Source: Octopus vulgaris
Taxonomy: Eukaryota
Length of the DNA: 64,000 bases
Assembly: GCA_951406725.2 (NCBI GenBank)
Contig: OX597814.1
Span: forward strand, 133,362,001 to 133,426,000
Direction: 5' to 3'
Under the pieces are notes generated by a model that worked only from the letters and a program-made list of their open reading frames with translations, did not search any database and was not told where the DNA came from. Each line of letters begins with the position of its first letter. Within the stretch, counting starts at the first letter, position 1. Both the position numbers and the translations under genes were made by a program. This document shows positions 54,644-64,000 of this stretch, piece by piece.

Positions 54644-54802
54644 CGACTTACTTCTTTCAGTTTCCATCTGCCAAATTCACTCACAAGGTTTTAGTCGGTC
54701 TGAGGTTATTGTAGAAAACACTAGCCCAATGTGCCACGCAGTGGGACTGAAGCCTGAATCATGTGGTTGGGAAGAATACTTCTTACCATATAGCCACACC
54801 TG
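54352..54802 (-). mobile_element. SINE family A (older copy)
   Basis: Colinear with 38108-38567. Confidence 0.85.
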
Positions 54803-56264
54803 TTTATATTTAAATATATATACATAATTATTTATTTTTATATTACTACAATATTTCTGAAAAGATAACAATAAGCTGGCAGAAGTGGTAATGTTCAAAA
54901 TTAAGTTTTTTGGAGGGCTTAATTTCTTCTTTTCCTTTGGAACCTCGAATCTGGTAGAGTACTGTCGTTCTTCCAACGTCAATAAAATATAAGTTAAATA
55001 TAAATTATATAATGTGGATCAATCAGCCAAATAAATGAGCCAAGCATCTGGACTGGGATTGTTTCAGGAAACTCTCGGCAAAATGTAGCTAATACCCAAT
55101 TTAGGGTTTAAAGCAACTATATACTGGATAGTCAAATTAAAAATCATTGCTGATAAATACTTTGATATCCAGTCAAATTATGATTAGTGAATTCTACAAA
55201 TACCTTTGAGAACATGTAAATTAAAATAAGAATATTCTTTGCTGGACACAATAAATTTAGATAGACTATTTTACCATGAAGTTATTTTTTTATTATTTTA
55301 TGTAAAAGGATAATATCCAAGAGGAAAGAGTTGAATGTCGATGGCTCATATGTTGCTGATGGTGGGTGTTGTGTTGCTTAGTTTCTTTTTTTTTGTTAAT
55401 TGATTCGACCTCTGTGTACATAGAGACAATACAGATACAAATATTCTGGAGAACTTTTATTTTCATTCGGAAATATTTACTTAAAATAATGTGATGGTGT
55501 CACATTTTACGGATGTCTCATTCAACTGCTTGTAACTTCACAATTTCAAATAATTGGTGTTAATTGAAATTGTCTATCAAATATTTCATTCATCTTACAT
55601 ATATTGCCTCTCTTTATCATTCTGTTTAATAGGAAAATCGATTTCCTTTCAAAGAGCTATGATTGATGGGTATTTTAAAATCGTATTGCGTAATAAGAAA
55701 TTGGGAAAATCTGTTTTACCATAACTGTATAATATTTGACCTTTGGAAACAATAATCAGATGCGATACTGCCAAAATTTTAATGTGGTCGCATATGACAG
55801 AGTAACTTACGTATGAATATTACTTGTGACAAAAGTGACCACATCTGAAGCAATGAGACAAGATAGAAACCAATAAAGCTATCTTCCATATGTTGAAAAG
55901 AAAACGATATCAGCTTTGTTCAGAGTGAATAAGAAACTGTACAGATGCTGAGCCGAAATAAATCGATAAGCATGCCTTTAATACGAGTGGAAGGATATTT
56001 TCTGTTAGTGAGTCATTGCTGCGTGGGGGATGAAAACGATATATGCTAAATGTGTTACACTTTGAAAATCTACTGAAAAACATCGGCATGTGAATATAAT
56101 TCATACTTACAGAGCTGTACATATTCCATCAGAAAAAGCCTTCATACAAATATTCCAGGAAAAAGATACGTAAAATGTTGTTTGGGTATATTGTTTTTAT
56201 ATCCATCTATATAATTTATATATGTGTGTCTGAGATAATATTTCTGTACACCAGTGCATGCTTT

Positions 56265-57060
56265 GCGTTTAGACAGAAGTAAGCAACGTTTTGCAAAACA
56301 TGAAATTCATCGCAATGCCGAAATTTTATTCATCAAAGTAATTACCATTACAATCAATACATTTTTGCCAACGAGTTACAAGTTTGTTTATTCCGGTAAG
56401 GAGAAAATCTGGAGTTCTGGAGCTGATGAACTGTTTTAATGCACTTTCAGCATCGGTTTGATTTTTCAACTCCTTCTTTCGCAGGAAACCATCAAGGTGC
56501 TCGGAAAAGTGGTAGTCGGTAGGAGAAATGTCTGAGGAGTAAGTTCGGTGAGGAAGAACTCTGTAGTCAAGTTCCCTCAACTTCTGGAGCGTCATTAGTG
56601 AAACGTAAGGTCGACCATTGTCATAAAGAATGATTGGCGGTCTTCTGTTGATCAGTGATGGGACAGAGGGGTAGCAGTTTTTCGTTCATTTTGGCAATTT
56701 CATCGCAATATGTTTCTGCAGTAATGGTTTTTCCGGGTTTTAAGAAGTTATAGTGAATGAGTCCAGTAGTACACCACCAGTCACCATAACCTTCTTTTTG
56801 AAGCGATCGGGTTTAGAGAAGTTTTTCAGTGCTTCATTTTGGTCCAACCACTGCGAAGAACGTTTTTTATTAAACCATTTTGCAGCTGATCACTCACTGG
56901 TCATTTCCTCACCAAACGTTTCGTTGAAATCGCGCGCAGTATCAGCTGCTTTACGTCATTTCTTTTTCTTTTTTGAAGTTGGATAGCAAAATTGCTCGAA
57001 TATCGCACTTTGGCAGTTCCATTTCAGATGATTGTAACAACGGTGAAAAAACATCAATAT
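56265..57060 (-). mobile_element. Mariner transposase remnant
   Basis: VLPHRTYSSDISPTDYHFSEHL...GINKLVTRWQKCIDCNGNYFD. Confidence 0.88.
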
Positions 57061-57175
57061 TAATTGATTGATGCATTTGGGCAAGGCTATGTCTGTATTA
57101 TCAGACAATGTGAACTACTACAGAGACGTTCTACGGCCTGTGAATGGTAATTTCATAAGTTTCTACATATACTTT

Positions 57176-58138
57176 TTGAAGAGAAACTTTTGGAACGAGC
57201 TTTAAGAATTTTAGTAAAGCATCTTAACTAATTTAGTAAAGCATGTTAACGATCTTTAAGCATTTTAGTAAAGCATCTCAACCAGCAAAGCATCAAGAGG
57301 CTCACAGACAGCTGCTTATATACTTTGCTTCATATATTATAAAGATAAACTGAATTCCTCTCCTCTCAGACTAAAGTGCCGCTTTACATTGGAAGGTATA
57401 TTATTCAAAAGTATTACAAAACGTAGTAATGTACCCTGACCTTCGCAGCCATTTAGACCACAGACTGACGCTGGTATGTTCCATTTTTATAGCAGCAATT
57501 ATAAAACAAGTACAGAGAGCTATTAATATAGTAATATCATAATTCCGTCCAAGTATAGTAAAAACGTGAGTCGTTATTGCTATATTTCAACGATATTATT
57601 ATATTATACCGTCACAGGGGTTGCCACCTCCACGAAGACACCTACAACTCAGTTGTTTCTCTTGCTATCGTCTTTCATGATCACTCCACACACATTACCA
57701 GGCGTGCATTAACCACTACGCCTAGACTTTTCTTTGTAGAATGTCCGCTCCCTGTTGTTAGCTCCCTGTATTTGTTTTACAGTTGCTACCAAATTGCATC
57801 TATATAAATGGAATGTATCAGCGTCAGTCTCTCGTCTGAAGTGATGGCGATGGCCAGGGCAGTAACCCGTCCTGTAGGCTAAACTAATATAAAGATAATA
57901 CATCCCGATTATATTTTGTAATACTTCTGAATACTTTTGTGTTACTTCAAATGTAAACCGCTATTTTAGACCGAGACTACTTCAAAAGTAGAATAATGTA
58001 GGAGACTTCAGTTTATTTTTATAATGTGATGTGCAGTAAATTTTATAAGAAGCTGCTTGTAACTTTAGTTAAGAAGCTTGACTTTAGTTAAGATGCTTTA
58101 CTAAAATTCTTAAAAATTGTTTCAAAACTTTCTCTCCA
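57176..58138. repeat. Region bounded by ~55-bp inverted repeats (foldback-like)
   Basis: taagaattttagtaaagcatcttaactaa / ttagttaagatgctttactaaaattctta. Three tandem ttagtaaagcat units in the left arm. Confidence 0.6.
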
Positions 58139-58296
58139 TCTCTTGAAACTGATTTTTGTTGATTTTACTACTTGAAAGCAATGTAGATTTAAAATATAGT
58201 TTTGTTTCATCTTCATGCCCAAAATTAAAATTTTACATGTATTTGAATCAGTCAAGTGCGGTATATAAGAGTTAAATAGCTTTTGTAGTATATTAT

Positions 58297-60125
58297 TTAC
58301 ATCGTTTACATTTGCCGGATATTTCTCTTCGTCTTGTTTATTGTTAACACAACGTTTCGGCTGATTACTCTCCAGCTTTCATCATTTGCCCTAGGGGAAT
58401 TTCGAACCTAGGTTCTCATTCCTAAGTTATTTCCCGATGTTATTATTATTATTCAGGTCACTGACTGAAATCCAACACGGAATGTTGGGGTTAGTATCCC
58501 GCGATCTTAACTACTATGCCATATGCTCGTGGGCAATTATGGAGTGAATTTTAGGGCTTATAAATCTAATATTTTCCTATCCTTCCTTAATATTGGTTTC
58601 CATATCTGCACTAGGTCTGCTTAGGAGGTTATTATGTCCTAGCATATGTGCTGCCTCTTTTAGTTTTCGTATTTTCTAGTGGTGTTCTCTGTCTATTATT
58701 TTAACTCCATCACGCAGGGGGGGGGGTTGATCTCTAGTTTTCCATACATGATCAGCTATACTTGATGGAAATATTGACCGTCTGTGTAGAAACTACCAAC
58801 TTCAGAATGGGCAGAGATATATATCGGCAAGAAGAGGGTTTAGCTATGTCTTCACCATTACCACTGGTAGTAGCCAATATGTACATGGATTCTTTGAGAA
58901 TTTGGCTTTAGGATCAATACAACTAAAACTAACAATATGTCTGCGATATGTTGATGACACCTTTATACACTGGCCCCACCAGGAAGATGTCCAAGTACTG
59001 TTAGATTATGTGAACTCAATAAAGCCACCCATACAGTTCACAATAGAAAACGAAACGACAATCAGCTAGCATTCCTTGACGAATTAATAACACGCACCAA
59101 GTACGGATACAGGTCATCCGTATACCGCAAGCCAACCTTCACTGGACGATACCTCAACTTCAATTCACACCATCCATACAGTGGAAAAAGAGGGATTGCT
59201 CATTGGCTAAAACATCGAGCGAAGAATATATGTAGCGATCATGACACACACCACGAAGAAATGACCAAGCTAAGTAACAAGCTATTAAGCAACAACTACC
59301 CCCGAAATATACTATCTACTCCAATTATGAAGAGGAGAGATGTTGAAACCCATAAACTGACTACAGTCTGTCTACCCTATGTGAAAACCTCTCCGAAAAG
59401 ATACAAAAGATACGCGGCACATATGACATCAGGACAGCATTCAAGAGGAATACAACACTTCACAAATGTCTCCTTCGAGTAAAACCACCAACAAAAGAGA
59501 ATATGATCAAAAACTGCGTTTACTCCATCCCGTGCATCTGTGGAAGGTTATACAAAACCGAAACATACTGCCCCCTCAAAATAAGTGTAGACGAACATTG
59601 CAGAGCTGTAACACGTGGAAATATTGATAAATCAGGTATAGCTGATCATGTATGGAAAAACGGAGATCACCTCCCCCTGTGGGATGAAGTTAAAATAATA
59701 AACAGAGAACGCCACTAGAAAATACGAAAACTAAAAGAGGCAGTACATATGCTAGGATATAATAACCTTCTAAGCAGACCTTGTGCAGATCGGAGTAGCA
59801 TATGGGAACCTGTATTAAGAAAGTATAGGAAAATATTAGATTCATAAGCCTTAAAATTCACTCCGTAATTGTCCACAGGCATATGGTGTAGTGGTTAAGA
59901 GTGCAGGTAACTAACACCAACATTCCGTGTTGGATTCCAGACAGTGACCTGAATAATAATAATAATAACATCGGAAAAATACCTTAGGAATGAGAACCCA
60001 GATTCGAAATTTCCATAGAACACCTGATGAAGGCTGGGGAGTACATCAGCCGAAAACAAGATAGGGACAAACATCCGTCAAACGTAAATAATCTTCATAA
60101 TTCCTCATATCTCAAATACAGAACT
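58297..60125 (+). mobile_element. 5'-truncated Penelope element (RT + GIY-YIG + terminal repeat) preceded by an inverted copy of its 3' end (58297-58767)
   Basis: YRQEEGLAMSSPL..VANMYM, LRYVDDTF, VYRKPTFTGRYLNFNSHHP and CVYSIPCICGRLY. 58297-58767 is the diverged reverse complement of ~59630-60095. Confidence 0.92.
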
Positions 60126-61058
60126 GTATTATGTTTTATTGTATATTTAGAATTTCAATTATCACAATATTATCCATTATTTATAGCAAAATATTGTTTT
60201 TTGCTAAATGTGATTATAGTGTACTGACGACAGAACACTTGAATGACACTTTTATAGAGAATACAATTATAAAATTCATTACCAATGGGGCCTCGCTTAT
60301 TTGTAAATATTAAACAAATATAGCAGCCTGTATAAATTTCTTAGTAACAAGAAGTGAATTATGGTACTCTCGATGAAAATAGTGAAACTTCACACGTATA
60401 ATCAATTGGATTGCATTTATTTAGAATTAATAACACACTATTAATTAGTTATATTCATTATCTGCACTTTCTATAAGTACGGTATTATAGTGGTAACATA
60501 TGGAATCTTATTCAGAAAAAATAATTGACAACTTATGGTGAGAAGTCAAAATTATTCCTGACCGCAATTGTATGGAACATTGTAATGTGTGAAAGTTCAT
60601 ATGATAATGGAAAACAATATCAACAACTGCAGATCGATATTGTTTCGTTCGTATCAGTAAAACTAGTATGATATCAAAAATGCAAAGATCTGTAGGGTTT
60701 TAAATATTATCAAGGGTGCATCAATATCTACATTGCACCTGTCTAAACACTACCGAATTGAAAATAAAATTAAATTGATGTGAAATGCACGCAAGTAACT
60801 TTAAATGCTAACAGAATCTTATTGATCTTAATATAAACTTTTAATAAGGGAAAGGGAAGATGGTTTCCGAGGGATTCGAACCGAAATTTTTAATGATTCT
60901 CAACCAGTACTTACCATAGGCATGCTATTTAGCCCCCACATAAATACATGCGCACAGCTGCTTACATGCATGTGTGATTGTCAGACGGTAATGGCGACTT
61001 AGGGTTAGGGTTAGGCACACACACACATAGATATACGTACATGTATATACATGCATAC

Positions 61059-61119
<61 letters not shown>

Positions 61120-61308
61120 CATATATGTATACATATATATATATATATTTATATATATATATACATATATGCATACATATATATATATATTTATATATAT
61201 ATATACATATATGCATACATATATATATTTATATTTATTTATATATATATATACATATATGCATACATATATATATACATTTATATATATATATACATAT
61301 ATGCATAC

Positions 61309-61339
<31 letters not shown>

Positions 61340-61374
61340 CATATATGCATACATACATATACATATATATATAC

Positions 61375-61414
<40 letters not shown>

Positions 61415-61429
61415 ATATATACATACATA

Positions 61430-61659
61430 CAGGGTTGGCCAAAAATCAACCGAGAGTAAGTCAAAATTCCATAAATACAGTCTGTAATAATATATTGACT
61501 CGAATGGAAAAGTATGTCGCTCAAGAAGAACTTCAGTTTGAACAATTTTCATGATGTTTCATATTTAGATGTTTTTATTAAATTCATTCAGTTTTTAAAC
61601 ATAAATACATTTTGAAATTAAATGGTTTTACTTTACTGTCAGGAAACTTTTGGCTAAAC

Positions 61660-61662
<3 letters not shown>
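61430..61662. mobile_element. Tc1/mariner-type MITE in a TA microsatellite
   Basis: TA|cagggttggccaaaa ... ttttggctaaacctg|TA. Confidence 0.75.
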
Positions 61663-61714
<52 letters not shown>

Positions 61715-61739
61715 GGGGGGTGTTTATGTATAAATAGAT

Positions 61740-61905
61740 ATATACAACGAGCTACTTTCATTTTCCGTCTACCAAATCCACCCACAAGGTTTTGGTCGGC
61801 CCGAGGCAATAGTAGAAGATACTTTCCCAAGGTGCAATGCAGTAGGACTGAATCCGGAACCATGTAGTTTCGAAGCAAACTTCGTACCACGCACCCACAC
61901 CTACA
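61740..61905 (-). mobile_element. SINE family A, 5' part
   Basis: tttccgtctaccaaatccacccacaaggttttggtcggcccgagg...ccggaaccatgt. Confidence 0.85.
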
Positions 61906-62849
61906 CCTATACATACATACATACATACATACATACATACATACATACATACATACATACATACATACATACAGAAAGAGAAGGAAGTATATATGCATAG
62001 ATTAATAAAGATATTGGAGTATATGTTTATACAACATACATGTACACACAAACACTCATATACACACACATACACGCACACAATCTGCTTTTTATAAGAC
62101 AAAATATTTTTCAATTTAAACGAAAAATGGTGAACGAAAAGTTATTCATTTTTTACTACCACAAGAAACATTAGGAAAACATTATGCATAGGAAATGAGG
62201 ATTTACTTTATAATCTTTCACATTTATTACATATATAACAGCTTATCTCTACTAATTTCAGAAACATTCTTAGGAAATTTAACACTCACCCTATTGTGTA
62301 CAATTTCATATTAATTTTAATGTGTATGAGTATGTTTGTGTAATATTTTTTTAGTTTGCTTCACCTTAGTATATCACTATAAATTAACATTTAAAGTTCT
62401 AATATTTGATATGTTTTTTTTCCTTTAAAAGTAAAACGATCTATAATAATAAATCGTAATGTGCACGTTAAATAGTGAGAATAAAAACGGTGACTTATTT
62501 ATTTTTGATACATTCCAGCTAGTTCGAACATGAATCTGTTAACTTCTATTATATCTTGTCAATGCTGGAAGCCTCTCGAGTTAAATATGTATTCAAATTC
62601 TATTGGATTTATTTGCAAAAGGGGATTTGGGACACAGGTTGTTTATTCCACATTGTATCTCTTCAATCAAAATTACCTCGGACTAATGAGTCCAACAAGA
62701 GTTTGTGGGGATCTTTTCCTTTTGATCGGCAGGTCGATAAATTAACTTTTTTAAAATCAAACACTTTCAAACTTCAGATACACTCGTTTGTGGATCGCGA
62801 TGATAATTTCAGAAAAAAATATTTGCTGATAATTGCTGATATTTTCCAA

Positions 62850-63200
62850 TCGAAAATATATCCTCATGTTCGCAGTGAACTGCGAGAATCGATTTTTGTC
62901 ATGTATAATACATTCCGGGAGATTCAAACGTGATTATGTTAATCGCCGTTACACCTTCCCAGCACGCATCAACAAATAATTTGATTGCTGACGTTATAAA
63001 CTATAAAACGCATGTTAGATTCATTGACCCGCAGTAACTTTGGTTGAGAATTTGATCACAACGATGTCCATACACCGGATGCCCCAAAGACTGCTGGTGC
63101 TAAAGAATTAAATGTGTTGTGAACATATTCATCTGAATGGAAAATTTATTCTTCATTGACACGACATAATGGTGATTAGCGTATTCACGCTCGAATCTGA
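62850..63200 (-). mobile_element. Possible pogo/Tigger transposase remnant
   Basis: AIKLFVDACWEGVTAINI resembles the A(I)...AW..V motif of pogo DDE_1 C-termini. Weak. Confidence 0.25.
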
Positions 63201-64000
63201 TAGAAAGTAATAATAATTTTTAAGATAAGCGATACTTAGCTTAGAAACTTGGGCATTGGTTGGCAGAATATTTTAACCCCTGCAAATATTGCTTTGGTTT
63301 CAGTAACTTTTGAAAAATATTTCTACTTCTCTTAAAAAAAAAAATCTTACGAAGCTGGTCTCAGAAAAATCAATATGCAAACGTTATAATGCAAGAGCTA
63401 CGTTCTTGAAAAGTATTTCGACACAGATTGGATATCAGATATAAAATAATTTCACTTCACCTATGCTATTGGTGTGCATGTATAGTTTAAGCATTCTATT
63501 TTACCATTTAACAACATAGAATAGTTTTTGCACTGATACAAAATTTGTTGATTTTCATTTGGATAATGACTTATTGATAAGATTCTGTAGTGTTTAAACC
63601 AATTTACTTATCACACATATATTGAAGATGTCTCAGCGGATTAACTGCTTAGTCAGGTCTCAATGAAAATACGCTTTTTTATCATTTAGTCAATGGCGAA
63701 TACAATTCTCATGTCCTTACAAGGCCTTAACTCTTAATTGTCCAGTCTCTTAGTCCTGTAGTTTACTACAAAACAGTTCAACGTAATAATCAAAGGATGA
63801 ACAACACAACTGATGCAAGCTGTATTAATGTAGGATATTAAATAGAAATGTGTTATCAGGAGATTCATTGTTCGTGAACTTAACATTCTGATTTTCTTAT
63901 TCCATAGAAAAGAAATAAAACATATACAATAACGATGCATTTCTAATGACAAAATATTGCTTAATATAGCTCGGCAGAAACATACTGACTTGAATAATAT

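Noticed and set aside
59878-59951. Genuine tRNA gene
   Set aside because: No proper acceptor stem, no T-run terminator, and it is embedded in a PLE repeat. Treated as a tRNA-derived head.
60999-61015. Interstitial telomere (TTAGGG) x~3
   Set aside because: Too short to imply a fusion site; likely part of a dispersed repeat.
60925-61554. Y/I/H-rich ORFs here and at 8.3-10.7, 36-40 and 44.5 kb
   Set aside because: (AT)n/(AC)n microsatellites lack stop codons.

Overview
AT-rich, microsatellite-dense eukaryotic DNA; the SINE families and repeat landscape point to an octopus (inference). Most of the ORF track is noise from microsatellites or decayed transposons. The window is dominated by mobile elements. 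These are: several Penelope-like elements (PLEs) with hammerhead-ribozyme (HHR) motifs; a near full-length but disabled R4/Dong LINE plus older Dong remnants in (TAA)n arrays; two Helitrons with both termini; three mariner and one Tc1 relics; MITEs/foldbacks; and two tRNA-derived SINE families. One small spliced host-gene candidate lies at ~6.18-6.55 kb (minus). The most interesting observations are a tRNA-like Pol III head-(AAT)n-HHR cassette in three PLE terminal-repeat copies, variant-core HHRs (U3-A8, U4C), a ~750-bp palindrome with an HHR at its apex, and a putative peptide precursor whose signal peptide is interrupted by one in-frame TGA. Boundaries of decayed elements are approximate.
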